The position numbers and the translations under genes were made by a program. From NCBI GenBank assembly GCA_023269445.1, contig JAHFTH010000002.1, positions 1 to 42,896 of the forward strand: a stretch of DNA of 42,896 nt, in the 5' to 3' direction. Shown piece after piece: positions 21,137-30,656 of this stretch (position 1 is the stretch's first letter; each line of letters begins with the position of its first letter). Under the pieces are notes generated by a model. The model was given only the letters and a program-made list of their open reading frames with translations, made no database searches and had not been told where the DNA came from. This DNA is from Lacunisphaera sp. Its GTDB lineage: Bacteria > Verrucomicrobiota > Verrucomicrobiia > Opitutales > Opitutaceae.

Positions 21137-21276
21137 TGGAGGCGGGGGGCCCTCACCCCGCGAGACATCGTTTCTTGTAGGGGCGGAGCTTGCTCCGTCC
21201 TTGATTGGACAACTCTGATCGGGCGCAGCAAGACTGCGCCCCTACCCAAATGCGGGGTGAGGGCACCCCGCCTCCA
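21137..21276. repeat. Nested REP-like doublets
   Basis: Outer arms 21137-21161 / 21252-21276 (24/25 inverted); inner GTAG-type arms 21177-21200 / 21221-21245. Confidence 0.8.
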
Positions 21277-21282
21277 CTTTTT

Positions 21283-22239
21283 TCAGCGCCGTTTCTTCGG
21301 CAGCTTCCGCGCCGCGATGCGCTGCTTGATCAGCCAGTAAAGCATCTCCATGCGCGGCACGGCCACACCGACGGACTTGGCGCGGCGGACGGGCTCTCCC
21401 CAGATTTCCTCGATCTCCACGTCGCGACCCTCCTCGAAATCGATCAGGCTCGACGGCCGGTAGTCGCCCATCTTGGCGGTGCGCTCAAATTGCAGGTCCA
21501 CGAATGAACGCGGAATCTCGTGTCCAAACTTGGCTGCGGCCTCGACGATCTCTTCCATCAGGCGTCGGGCCAGCAGCTTCATGCCCTCGTCGGCGAGGAG
21601 CACATCGGTCGTCACGCCACCTGCGACGATGGCCAGACCGTTGAACGGCACATTCCAGACGAGCTTGTGCCAGCGCTGGGCTTCAAGGTTGTCCTGCGCG
21701 GTGCATTTTACGCCCGCGCGGCGCCAAAGCGCGGCGATGGCATTGGTGCGCTCGCCGGCGGGTTTGCCGAATTTGCCGATGGTCATCAGTCCGGGGAAAG
21801 AGCAATCCACCACGCCGGGCGCCGTGCGCATGCAACCGATGTAGCAGATGGCACCGATCACGTGGCCCGGCCCGGCGATTTCCGCCACCGGTTCCTCCAC
21901 GCCCAGACCGTTTTGCAAAGTGAGCACGGCGGTTTCCGGCCCGAGCAGCGGGGGCAAAATGGTTTTCAACGCCTCATTGGCCGTCGCCTTGGTCGCCAAG
22001 ATCACCAGATCGCACGGACCGATCTCGGCCGACGAGCCATACACTTGGATTTTACGCAGGTTGATCCGCTCCGTGGGGGTTTTGATCTTCAGACCGCGCG
22101 CCGTCAGGGCGGCCCGGCCACTGCGGCCGAGGAAATGCACATCCTCGCCCGCCTTCACCAGCCGCGCGCCGTAATAGCAGCCCAAGGCGCCGGTGCCGAT
22201 GATTGCGATACGGGGTTTGTCGGGGAACGAGGTGCTCAC
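21283..22239 (-). CDS. panE: 2-dehydropantoate 2-reductase (ketopantoate reductase family)
   Basis: IAIIGTGALGCYYG, LATKA, LTLQNGLG, WHKLVWNVPFNGL, YRPSSLIDFEEGRDVEIE. Confidence 0.85.
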   Translation of the reverse strand: MSTSFPDKPRIAIIGTGALGCYYGARLVKAGEDVHFLGRSGRAALTARGLKIKTPTERINLRKIQVYGSSAEIGPCDLVILATKATANEALKTILPPLLGPETAVLTLQNGLGVEEPVAEIAGPGHVIGAICYIGCMRTAPGVVDCSFPGLMTIGKFGKPAGERTNAIAALWRRAGVKCTAQDNLEAQRWHKLVWNVPFNGLAIVAGGVTTDVLLADEGMKLLARRLMEEIVEAAAKFGHEIPRSFVDLQFERTAKMGDYRPSSLIDFEEGRDVEIEEIWGEPVRRAKSVGVAVPRMEMLYWLIKQRIAARKLPKKRR

Positions 22240-22688
22240 AACACCTCAGTCGTCACAAAGATAGGCCAAAAATACAACTCCACAGTCACAGCCCGACATG
22301 AGGCCCGTTCATGCTTTCTTCACACCCACCATGCTCTCGATTGTAAACGACCTGGCAGTCTCTGCACCCTGCCCTCGCCCTGTGCGCAGCCCCGGCAAGA
22401 GACTGCCTTTCTCTTGCTGCCAATCCATGTCATTTCTCTCATATAATCTCCCACATTCAGCTTTGAGAAGACCGGCCAGCTCATTTGCCTCCAATGCATT
22501 ACGCAAAAGCGCAGCACACCAGTCGTTAGTCTTGTCGACCCTGAGGGCGCTCCGCCTCGGCGGCGGCTACCGCCAGAATACTTGGCCGCCCGCGCATTCT
22601 CCTCCGACTGTTCACAAATCCCGCTTGGCCGCTTTCTCCGAGTGAATCTTCGCCTCGGCTGACATGTTATTCACAGCGGTCCCCACGC

Positions 22689-23531
22689 TCAAAGCGGCAT
22701 GTTATCCGTCAACCTAACTTCATCTACCCAATAGGAGATCGCCATCAGGCACTCGCCGGGCACGACCTCGCGGATTTGCTCCATCGTGCGCGGGTCCACA
22801 CAGGAAATATAGATGACGCGCAGACGGCGCTTGGCCGCAATGATGTGCGTGGCCTCGGCCACCAGTCGATCGGCGCTTTTCACCCCGGCATCGACCATCT
22901 CCTTGGCCTTGCGCAGGGCTTTTACGACCGCGAGCGCTTCTTCCCGCTGCGAGGGAGTGAGGTAATTGTTCCGCGCACTTACCGTCATGCCGTCGGCATC
23001 ACGCACCACCGGACCGGTCAGGATCTTGAAGGGCAGGAGCAGGTCGGCCGCGACCTTTTTGACCACCGCCACCTGCTGCACATCTTTTTCGCCCAGCACC
23101 ACCACGTCCGGCTGCACGATATTGAATAGTTTCAACCAGCACGTGAGCGTCCCGCGGAAAAGCGCCGGCCGCGCCACTCCGCAGAGCGGCTTGCTCACGG
23201 CTTCCTCCAGCACCAGTGACGAAAAGCCCTTGGGAAACATCTCCTCCACCGTAGGCGCGAACAGCACCTCGACCCCTTCCTTCTCCGCCAGCAGCACATC
23301 AGCCGAAGCCGTGCGGGGATACTTGGCCAGATCCTCGCTGGGACCAAATTGCAGCGGATTCACAAACGCCGACACGACCACGGCCGCCCCGCTCTCCCGC
23401 GCCAGCCGGATCAGGCTCGCATGGCCCGCATGCAGCGCCCCGAGGGTCGGCACGAACGCGATTTTCCGGCCGCCGGCACGCAGCACCGCTGCGGCTTCGC
23501 GCATCGCTGTGACGGTCTCGATTTTCTGCAT
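22689..23531 (-). CDS. panC: Pantoate--beta-alanine ligase
   Basis: [58 protein letters not shown]; start at ATG 23531. Confidence 0.88.
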   Translation of the reverse strand: MQKIETVTAMREAAAVLRAGGRKIAFVPTLGALHAGHASLIRLARESGAAVVVSAFVNPLQFGPSEDLAKYPRTASADVLLAEKEGVEVLFAPTVEEMFPKGFSSLVLEEAVSKPLCGVARPALFRGTLTCWLKLFNIVQPDVVVLGEKDVQQVAVVKKVAADLLLPFKILTGPVVRDADGMTVSARNNYLTPSQREEALAVVKALRKAKEMVDAGVKSADRLVAEATHIIAAKRRLRVIYISCVDPRTMEQIREVVPGECLMAISYWVDEVRLTDNMPL

Positions 23532-23534
23532 AGG

Positions 23535-23568
23535 GGGAACGGGCTTGAACAAACCCCAACCCGTTCCC
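23535..23568. repeat. Hairpin directly upstream of the panC start
   Basis: GGGAACGGG-N16-CCCGTTCCC. Confidence 0.45.
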
Positions 23569-23605
23569 TTTATCAACCTTCACTTTCATCGGTGGTAATA
23601 CGGTT

Positions 23606-23691
23606 TGTCATTGCGAGGAGTCCGGCCCGCCGGACGACAAAGCAATCCAGCTGGATCGCCACGCCCGGCAGACGCCGGGCTCGCGATGACA
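23606..23691. repeat. Branched palindromic element (TGTCATTGCGAG...CTCGCGATGACA)
   Basis: Terminal 12-bp inverted repeat, two internal hairpins (GTCCGG..CCGGAC; GCCCGGC..GCCGGGC) and a central ATCCAGCTGGAT palindrome. Confidence 0.7.
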
Positions 23692-23714
23692 GAATTGAAC
23701 CAACCCATTCTTCC

Positions 23715-24938
23715 ATGATCCGCATCAACGAAAACTACACCAAGCTCAAGGCCTCCTACCTCTTCGCCGACATCGCCAAGCGTGTGAACGCCTACGTCGC
23801 CGCCAATCCGGCCCAGCCCGTCATCCGCCTCGGCATCGGTGACGTCACCGAGCCCCTCCCGCCCGTCTGCGTTGAGGCCCTCCACGCCGCCACTGACGAG
23901 ATGGCGAACCGCGCTACCTTCAAGGGCTACGGCCCCGAGCAGGGCTACGCCTTCCTCCGCGACGCCATCGCCCAGCACGACTACACCGCCCGCGGCTGCA
24001 AGATCGAGGCCGACGAAATTTTCATCTCCGACGGCTCCAAGTGCGACTGCGGCAACATCCAGGAAATCTTCGCCACCGACGCCCGCCTCGCCATCCCCGA
24101 CCCCGTCTATCCGGTTTACGTCGACACCAACGTCATGGCCGGCCGCACCGGGGCCAACGTCGACGGTCGCTACCAAGGCATCACTTACCTCGATTGCACG
24201 CCGGCCAACGGCTACGTGCCCGCCGTCCCCAGTGTGGCGACCGACCTGATCTACCTTTGCTTCCCCAACAACCCCACCGGCGCCGTCGCCACCAAGGCCC
24301 AGCTCACCGCCTGGGTCGCCTACGCCAAGGCCAACAAGGCCGTCATCCTCTTCGATTCCGCCTACGAGGCCTACATCCGCGACCCCGCCATCCCGCATTC
24401 GATCTACGAGATCGAGGGCGCGCGCGACGTCGCCATCGAGTTCCGCAGCTTCTCCAAGACGGCCGGCTTCACCGGCACGCGCTGCGCCTACACTGTCGTG
24501 CCGAAGAGCCTCATGGCCTACGATGCGGCCGGGAAGGCGCATCCGGTCCACGCGCTCTGGAATCGCCGCCACACGACGAAGTTCAACGGCGTCGCCTACC
24601 CCATCCAGAAAGCCGCCGCCGCCATCTACACCGACGCGGGCAAGAAGCAGACGAGCGACCTCATCAACTTCTACCTGGCCAACGCCAAGCTCATCCGCGA
24701 CGCGATGACGAAGCTCGGCTTCACGTGCATCGGTGGCGACAACGCCCCCTACATCTGGGTGAACACCGGCCGCGACTCCTGGGAATTTTTCGACCTGCTC
24801 CTGAACAAGGCTCAGGTCGTCTGCACCCCCGGCGCCGGCTTCGGCAAGTGCGGCGAAGGCCATGTCCGCATCAGCGCCTTCAACTCCCGCGCCAACGTCG
24901 AGACCGCCCTCGCCCGCATCGCCGCCGCGTTGAAATAA
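23715..24938 (+). CDS. dapL: LL-diaminopimelate aminotransferase
   Basis: [96 protein letters not shown]. Confidence 0.95.
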   Translation: MIRINENYTKLKASYLFADIAKRVNAYVAANPAQPVIRLGIGDVTEPLPPVCVEALHAATDEMANRATFKGYGPEQGYAFLRDAIAQHDYTARGCKIEADEIFISDGSKCDCGNIQEIFATDARLAIPDPVYPVYVDTNVMAGRTGANVDGRYQGITYLDCTPANGYVPAVPSVATDLIYLCFPNNPTGAVATKAQLTAWVAYAKANKAVILFDSAYEAYIRDPAIPHSIYEIEGARDVAIEFRSFSKTAGFTGTRCAYTVVPKSLMAYDAAGKAHPVHALWNRRHTTKFNGVAYPIQKAAAAIYTDAGKKQTSDLINFYLANAKLIRDAMTKLGFTCIGGDNAPYIWVNTGRDSWEFFDLLLNKAQVVCTPGAGFGKCGEGHVRISAFNSRANVETALARIAAALK

Positions 24939-24969
24939 GAAAGCCCGATCCAGCCGGACTAAAACAATT

Positions 24970-24993
24970 CAGGCCGCCTTTCGGGGCGGCCTG
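24970..24993. terminator. Probable bidirectional intrinsic terminator
   Basis: CAGGCCGCCT-TTCG-GGGCGGCCTG between convergent genes, with T-rich flanks. Confidence 0.7.
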
Positions 24994-24999
24994 TTGCTT

Positions 25000-25305
25000 T
25001 TAGACGCCGCTGATGACGGCGGGGGCGTTGTCGTGCACCCAGAAACGCGAGAGGACCACGTGGTCCTTCTTCAACTCGTAGCCCCACTCCGTGTCCTTGA
25101 TCTTGATCTCGACGATGCGGCCGGGCCGGTCGGCCGACTCGGGCGCGTTGACCGCCTCCTGCCATTCGCGCAGCACTTCCATCCGCGCGGTGTCAAAGGC
25201 CTGCTCGACATCGCCAAATTCCCCGCACCGCTTCACCTCCTGCGTCAGCCGACCATCGGGCCCCCGTTTGAGGACGAAGCGCAGGACTGAAAAACCGGAT
25301 TTCAT
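25000..25305 (-). CDS. Hypothetical protein (101 aa)
   Basis: ATG start, protein-like composition, fills the gap between the terminator and the pqiC-like gene; no family recognised. Confidence 0.65.
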   Translation of the reverse strand: MKSGFSVLRFVLKRGPDGRLTQEVKRCGEFGDVEQAFDTARMEVLREWQEAVNAPESADRPGRIVEIKIKDTEWGYELKKDHVVLSRFWVHDNAPAVISGV

Positions 25306-25328
25306 GAATGGGTGATTGGGCTCTTTCT

Positions 25329-25344
25329 AGCCGGAACCATGCCA
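25329..25344 (-). promoter_or_regulatory. Possible sigma54 (-24/-12) promoter
   Basis: TGGCATGGTTCCGGCT on the minus strand keeps GG-N10-GC, about 24 nt upstream of ATG 25305, but lacks the TT before GC. Confidence 0.35.
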
Positions 25345-25387
25345 CGCCTTTCCCGGCGGTGGAAAGAATTTTCTGGGCCCGGTCGCA

Positions 25388-25954
25388 TCATTTACGTTCG
25401 GCCGCGACGCTGATGGCCTCGGCCAGCTCCCCCACCGCCTCGCGCAGCAAGCCGACCAAGGCCCCGTGGTCATGGCCATCCCACGTGCGCGGACCGGCGG
25501 TAAACGAACCGCTGTGGGGTGAGCCACCGGGCGGGGTAATGGTGTAAGTCGCCGCGAGCTGGACCGAATTACCCTCCGAGCGGACGAGTTCGCAACGCTG
25601 CACCTGCACCGCGACGGAGGCGCTGCCGCCCACCGACCGCAACCGGTTGCGCAGCACCTGTGTGATGGCCTCGTCGAGCGGCTCGGCCCAGCGGACATCG
25701 TCGAGATAAATGACCTCGTTCTCCGACACCCGCACCGCCATCGAGCGGTTGCGGAGATGCCCGGCCAGTTGCACGGGGCGCACGCTGACCGCATCGGCCA
25801 CCGCGGTGGTGCCGGCCGGGCCGCTCAGGGTGAAGTGCCGCACCGGGTCGGCCTGCTGCTCCGGCAGCACGTTGCAGGCGGTGAGAAACAAGCTGAGAGC
25901 TGATAGTTGAGCGCTGAGAGCTACCAGCCGCCATCTGTGGTTATCTGTGTTCAT
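25388..25954 (-). CDS. ABC-transport auxiliary lipoprotein (PqiC-like)
   Basis: Lipobox FLTA-C; VRPVQLAGHL...VRWAEPLDEAITQVL; last gene of the MlaEFD-like operon. Confidence 0.75.
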   Translation of the reverse strand: MNTDNHRWRLVALSAQLSALSLFLTACNVLPEQQADPVRHFTLSGPAGTTAVADAVSVRPVQLAGHLRNRSMAVRVSENEVIYLDDVRWAEPLDEAITQVLRNRLRSVGGSASVAVQVQRCELVRSEGNSVQLAATYTITPPGGSPHSGSFTAGPRTWDGHDHGALVGLLREAVGELAEAISVAAERK

Positions 25955-25966
25955 CTGTGGTTATCT
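25891..25966 (-). repeat. Adjacent heptamer array (25891-25928) and decamer array (25933-25966) spanning the pqiC-like start
   Basis: AGCTGAG AGCTGAT AGTTGAG CGCTGAG AGCTACC; ATCTGTGGTT ATCTGTGTTC ATCTGTGGTT ATCT. Confidence 0.75.
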
Positions 25967-25971
25967 TCTGC

Positions 25972-26979
25972 TTAGGGCGTGCCGGATTTCTTTTTGCCGA
26001 CGATCAGGGAGCTGGGGTTGCGTTCGATGGCGTTGGCGAGGTTTTCGAGCGCACCGGCCGCCTCGGCGATCTGCCGCAGGGCGAGCGTGACCTCGTCGCC
26101 CACCTGGCCCTGCTGCTGGACAAACTGCTTGGTGGTGGCCGCGGCGGTATCGAGGGTCTTCATCGCGGTCTGCGCGGCGGCGAGCGTGGCCTTCAGGTCC
26201 TCGCTCACCGGTCCGATCTGCGAATCGATCTTGGCAATCGCCGCCTTGGTGGCGGCCAGCGCCTCGTTCAGGTTGGCAAAGGTCTGCTTGGCCTCGGGCG
26301 ATTCAACGAACGCCGCCACGGCATCGGCCGCGTGGCCGACCTTGTCGCCGAGTGTCTTCGTATCGAGGGCGTTCATCTTCTGGGTGGTGACGGTGAGCAG
26401 CGTCTTCACTTCCTTGGAAAGACCGGCGAAATCCACCTTCTTCAGGTCGCTGAGGATCACGCTCAAGCTGGCCTGGTATTCCGAGATCGCGGAGATCATC
26501 GACGGGATGACAACCACCTTGGGCTGATCGGCGAGCACGGGAGCCGGGTATTGCGCCGGGTCGAAGAAATCGAGTTCCACAAACAACAAGCCGGTCGCGA
26601 GGCCGAGCACCCCGAGCTGCGCCCGCAAGCCGTGGTCCACCATCGTCTGGATGTCCTGCGGGCCGGTCACCTTGAGCTGCGCGCCCTTCACGTCGGTGAT
26701 GACGTTGCGGTTGAGCTCGCAGGTGACGACGACGACGGACTTGTTGGCCGCATCATCGTAATGCACCACCGTGTCCACCACGCGGCCTACGCGCACGCCG
26801 CGCAGCTTGACCGGCGAGCCGAGGTCGAGGCCGTGGATCGATTCGTCGAAATACACCGCAAAACGCTGCGGCTTGGAGAACAGGCTCAGGCCGCCAAAGG
26901 AGAGCAGCGCGATCATGCCGAGCGCGAGCGCTCCGAGCACAAACATTCCGACGGCGGCTGGGCTGACCTTGGTCTTCAC
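25972..26979 (-). CDS. MCE/MlaD-family substrate-binding protein (PqiB-like C-terminal helices)
   Basis: N-terminal TM helix; YFDESIHGLDLGSPVKLRGVRVGRV; GLRAQL...TGLLFVELDF; ends IERNPSSLIVGK. Confidence 0.88.
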   Translation of the reverse strand: MKTKVSPAAVGMFVLGALALGMIALLSFGGLSLFSKPQRFAVYFDESIHGLDLGSPVKLRGVRVGRVVDTVVHYDDAANKSVVVVTCELNRNVITDVKGAQLKVTGPQDIQTMVDHGLRAQLGVLGLATGLLFVELDFFDPAQYPAPVLADQPKVVVIPSMISAISEYQASLSVILSDLKKVDFAGLSKEVKTLLTVTTQKMNALDTKTLGDKVGHAADAVAAFVESPEAKQTFANLNEALAATKAAIAKIDSQIGPVSEDLKATLAAAQTAMKTLDTAAATTKQFVQQQGQVGDEVTLALRQIAEAAGALENLANAIERNPSSLIVGKKKSGTP

Positions 26980-27032
26980 GTGGGCGGATGATTAGAGGTT
27001 ACGAAGGGAAATGGACAGGAATTTCCGCCGGA

Positions 27033-27824
27033 TCAGCCGGTCGGGGCGGCCGGGCGGTCGCCCCGGTGGAGGAAGTCGATGACCCGCGGATCGCGGCTAT
27101 GGGCCGCCAGTTCGCGCGGGGCACCCTCGGCGATGATCTTCTGTTCGCCCCGGTCGAGCATGATCACCCGGTCGGCGATGCTGTAGATCGACGCCAGTTC
27201 GTGCGACACGACGACCAGCGTCGTGCCAAAGGTCTCGCGCACCTGCAGCACCAGCTCGTCGAGCTTGCGTGAGGTGACCGGGTCGAGCCCCGCCGAAGGC
27301 TCGTCGAGGAACACGATCGACGGGTCCAGCGCCAGCGCCCGGGCGAGACCCGCGCGTTTCTTCATGCCGCCGCTGATTTCCGACGGATAATAATCCTCGA
27401 AGCCCGTCAGGCCCACTTGGGCCAGTTTCAACGTCGCCAGCTCCCCGATCTCACGGGGCGAAAGCGCGGTGTGCTCCTCCAGCGGCAACGCCACGTTCTG
27501 CCGCAACGTGAGCGAGCTCCACAACGCGCCGCCCTGGTAGAGCACGCCAAAGGTCTTCAATAGCGCGCGCCGCGCCGCCAAGTCGGCGTGCGTGAAAGAT
27601 TGGCCGAGGAATTTAACCGTGCCCGCCAGCGGGTGGTTCAGCCCGATCAGGTTGCGCAGCAGCGTGCTCTTGCCGCAGCCGCTCCCGCCGATCACGAAGA
27701 ACACCTCGCCGCGCTTCACCGTGAACGAGACATCCTTCAGCACCGGCTGCCCGTCGTAGCCGCAGGACAGCCCGGTGACCTCGATGGCGGGCGAATCGGA
27801 AAGTGGATCGGTGACGTCGGCCAT
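27033..27824 (-). CDS. ABC transporter ATP-binding protein (MlaF-like)
   Basis: Walker A GGSGCGKS, signature ISGGMKKRAGLARALALDP, Walker B FLDEPSAGLDP, VSHEL. Confidence 0.92.
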   Translation of the reverse strand: MADVTDPLSDSPAIEVTGLSCGYDGQPVLKDVSFTVKRGEVFFVIGGSGCGKSTLLRNLIGLNHPLAGTVKFLGQSFTHADLAARRALLKTFGVLYQGGALWSSLTLRQNVALPLEEHTALSPREIGELATLKLAQVGLTGFEDYYPSEISGGMKKRAGLARALALDPSIVFLDEPSAGLDPVTSRKLDELVLQVRETFGTTLVVVSHELASIYSIADRVIMLDRGEQKIIAEGAPRELAAHSRDPRVIDFLHRGDRPAAPTG

Positions 27825-27827
27825 GGG

Positions 27828-28949
27828 TCAGAGCCCGAGAATGTCGAAAGCCACCGCGAAAATCGCGTCGGCCACGATGATGAGCAAAATCGCGGTCACG
27901 ACCGCCGAGGTCGCCGCCCGGCCCACGCCGGCCGCGCTGCGCTCCGCCTCGATGCCGCGCAGGCAGCCCGCGAGCCCGATGATGAGGCCGAACACCACCG
28001 CCTTGATCACGCCGACCAGCATGTCCGACATATCCACAATCGTCAGCAGCTCCACCCAGTAGGCCGTGGGCGGGATGGACAGCACCTTCATTGACACCGC
28101 CATGCCGCCGAGGATGCCGAGCGCATTGGCGTAGATCGCCAGCAGCGGCATCATCACGCCCAGCGCGAGCAACCGGGGCAGCACCAGAAAATCCACCGCC
28201 GAGATGCCGAGCGTTTCCAAGGCGTCGATTTCCTCGTTGGCCTTCATGTTGCCCAGCGTGGCGGCGAAGGCCGCGCCCGTGCGCCCGGCCAGCACCACGC
28301 CGGTCATCAGCGCGCCCATCTCGCGCACCATGGATAGGCCGACGAGATCCGCCACGTAGATGTCGCCGCCGTATTGGCGGAGCACGATCGCCCCGGTGTA
28401 GGCGAGCGTCACGCCGACGAGGAAGCTCACCAGGCTCACGATCGGCAGGGCCATCGCGCCGCACAGCTGCATTTCCTCGATAAAATCTCCCCAGCGGAAT
28501 TTCTGCGGATGTTTCACCAGCCGCACGCCTCCGAGCACGCATTCGCCGATGAAATGGGCAAAGACCTTCGTCTTGCGCCACACGTCGATCGTGGCCTCGC
28601 CCACTCCGGTGAAAAAATTCTCCGACCGGTCAAACGGGACGCTCGTCTCGTGCGAGGTCGACATCTGCCGCAGCAGGGCGTGGATTTTCTCCGGCAGCGC
28701 CTTGATGTCGCAATGCGCCCCCACGATCCGGCACCATTGCTGGGCCTCAAAAAGAAACAAGAGCAACGAACTGTCCCACTGGCCCAGCCCGGCGCTGCCC
28801 AGCACCACGCGTTTCGGCGCGCGACCAGCCAATGCCGCCGGCCAGTTCGGGCGCGGTCCGGTGATCGACCAGTCGCCCGCAAGCTGGACCGACAGGGTCT
28901 CGCCCTCAAGGGTCGCGTCGGCCCGGGCCGGACTGGCAGGTGCGCTCAT
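27828..28949 (-). CDS. MlaE-family ABC permease with N-terminal STAS-like region
   Basis: REMGALMTGVVLAGRTGAAFAATLGNMKANEEIDALETLGI..FLVLPR; GVGRAATSAVV. Confidence 0.9.
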   Translation of the reverse strand: MSAPASPARADATLEGETLSVQLAGDWSITGPRPNWPAALAGRAPKRVVLGSAGLGQWDSSLLLFLFEAQQWCRIVGAHCDIKALPEKIHALLRQMSTSHETSVPFDRSENFFTGVGEATIDVWRKTKVFAHFIGECVLGGVRLVKHPQKFRWGDFIEEMQLCGAMALPIVSLVSFLVGVTLAYTGAIVLRQYGGDIYVADLVGLSMVREMGALMTGVVLAGRTGAAFAATLGNMKANEEIDALETLGISAVDFLVLPRLLALGVMMPLLAIYANALGILGGMAVSMKVLSIPPTAYWVELLTIVDMSDMLVGVIKAVVFGLIIGLAGCLRGIEAERSAAGVGRAATSAVVTAILLIIVADAIFAVAFDILGL

Positions 28950-28999
28950 GCGGGGCGGTTTTGGGTTGGCGGCAACATGCTTCGGTTAATTCAGCCGGC

Positions 29000-29476
29000 T
29001 CAGTTCTTCGACCACGGCGGCGTCGTGGCCGGCCGCTGTCGTGCCCGCGTCACCTGCAGTTTCAGGGCATGAAGCGAAACAAAGATGTCGCGCAGGAAAT
29101 CCACCAGCGAGGCGGTCAGCATCATGATGCTGGCCGCAAACAGGCCGAGCACCACGGCCTTCATGTTCCAGTCATACATCGCCGCGCCAAACAGCGCGAA
29201 GATCAGAAGACAGGCCAGCAGCATACTCAGGCCGTTGCAGGTCACCGCCCGGCGCATCATCAGGGAGCGGTCCCACATGATGTCGAGCTGGCTCTCGAGG
29301 TGCTGGCGTTCCTCGGGGTCGGCGGCGGGAATGACCTCGGCGAGCTCACGCGTGCGGTCCACGATGCGCGCCATGCGGTTGGTCAGGGTGATCATCAGCG
29401 CGCCCATGCCGGAGATCAAAATGACAGGCGTGATGGCCAGTTGGATGATCGGCAGGAGGGACGAAAGCGATTCCAT
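29000..29476 (-). CDS. DUF2721-like membrane protein
   Basis: IQLAITPVILISGMGALMITLTNRMARIVDRTREL plus two more TM helices; start at ATG 29476. Confidence 0.75.
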   Translation of the reverse strand: MESLSSLLPIIQLAITPVILISGMGALMITLTNRMARIVDRTRELAEVIPAADPEERQHLESQLDIMWDRSLMMRRAVTCNGLSMLLACLLIFALFGAAMYDWNMKAVVLGLFAASIMMLTASLVDFLRDIFVSLHALKLQVTRARQRPATTPPWSKN

Positions 29477-29582
29477 GGTGTCATGCTTGGCCGATGCGAC
29501 GCCCCGTGCAATCCCTTGTTCCGGTCGCCGTGGGTTTTTCCTCGCCCGCTCGCGCCCGGCTGGACGATTCTCGACCCCTGCC

Positions 29583-30224
29583 ATGCGTCCCACCTCCGTG
29601 CTCTTCGACCTCGACGGCACCTTGATCGACCACTTCAAGGCCATTCACCGCTGCCATGCCCATGCCATGCAACAGCTCGGTTTGCCCGCCCCCACCATGG
29701 CTCAAGTGCGCGCGGCGGTTGGCGGCGGAGTCGAGTTGGCGGTCGAGCGGCTCGTCGGATCGCAACGGGCTCCGGCAGCGCTCGCCATCTACCGGCCGCA
29801 TTGGGAGGCCACGATGCTCGACGACGTGCAGTTGCTCGCCGGCGCAAAGGAACTGCTCGTTAGCCTCCGGTCGCGTGGGAACCGCACCGCCGTGTTCACC
29901 AACAAGCACGGCCCGTCCTCCCGTCTGACCTGCGCGCACCTCGGCCTCGCGGACCTGCTCGACGGCAACTTCGGGGCGACCGACACCCCATGGCTCAAGC
30001 CCGACCCCCAGTTTACCCGTCATGTGCTGACTGCATTGGGCATAGACGCCACCGCCACTCTGCTCGTCGGCGATTCGCCTTACGATTTTCAAACCGCCCG
30101 CAACGCCGGCCTCGGCTTCATCGGCGTCACCACCGGCACGCACACCGCGGCGGAACTCAAAGCGGAGGGAGCCGTCCGGGTCTGCGCGGATCTCTTCGGC
30201 GTCGCGCGCGAACTCTCCCCGTAG
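29583..30224 (+). CDS. HAD-family hydrolase (phosphoglycolate phosphatase-like)
   Basis: FDLDGTLID, VFTNK, KPDP, VGDSPYD; start at ATG 29583. Confidence 0.88.
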   Translation: MRPTSVLFDLDGTLIDHFKAIHRCHAHAMQQLGLPAPTMAQVRAAVGGGVELAVERLVGSQRAPAALAIYRPHWEATMLDDVQLLAGAKELLVSLRSRGNRTAVFTNKHGPSSRLTCAHLGLADLLDGNFGATDTPWLKPDPQFTRHVLTALGIDATATLLVGDSPYDFQTARNAGLGFIGVTTGTHTAAELKAEGAVRVCADLFGVARELSP

Positions 30225-30275
30225 GAGCCTGCTTGCAGGCGATTCCTTGCAGGAGCGAGCTTGCTCGCTCCTGCA
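30221..30275. repeat. REP-like copy supplying the HAD stop codon, plus a second hairpin
   Basis: GTAGGAGCCTGCTTGCAGGCGATTC (same family as 9608-9671), then TGCAGGAGCGAGC-TT-GCTCGCTCCTGCA. Confidence 0.8.
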
Positions 30276-30283
30276 AAACAAAA

Positions 30284-30652
30284 TCATCTGGTCGCGTGCG
30301 CCAGACACACCAGCGCGACCGCCAGGGCTCCCGGCAGCGCCTGCACATAGAGAATCTTCCGGTTGGCCGTCGCCGCGCCGACAATCCCGGCGATGATTAC
30401 GCAACCGAGGAAGAATAGCTTGAGCGCGTAGCCGTCCGCCCCAAGCGACAGCCCCCACGCCAGCCCGGCGGCGAGAAATCCATTATATAAACCTTGGTTG
30501 GCCGCGAGCGACTTGGTCATCTCCGCTTTTTCCGGCGTCAGCCCGAACACCCGTCGGCCATACGGCTTCGTCCACAGAAACATTTCCAGCACCAGGAAGT
30601 AAACATGCAGCAGGGCGACGAGCGCGGTGACTATGAATGCGGCAGTTTGCAT
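30284..30652 (-). CDS. DUF1304-family membrane protein
   Basis: VALLHVYFLVLEMFLW...LAANQGLYNGFLAAGL...KILYVQALP. Confidence 0.85.
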   Translation of the reverse strand: MQTAAFIVTALVALLHVYFLVLEMFLWTKPYGRRVFGLTPEKAEMTKSLAANQGLYNGFLAAGLAWGLSLGADGYALKLFFLGCVIIAGIVGAATANRKILYVQALPGALAVALVCLAHATR

Positions 30653-30656
30653 AAAG

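Noticed and set aside
22298-22645. Small ORFs in the panE-panC gap
   Set aside because: Atypical composition, mutually overlapping and no motifs; treated as non-coding.
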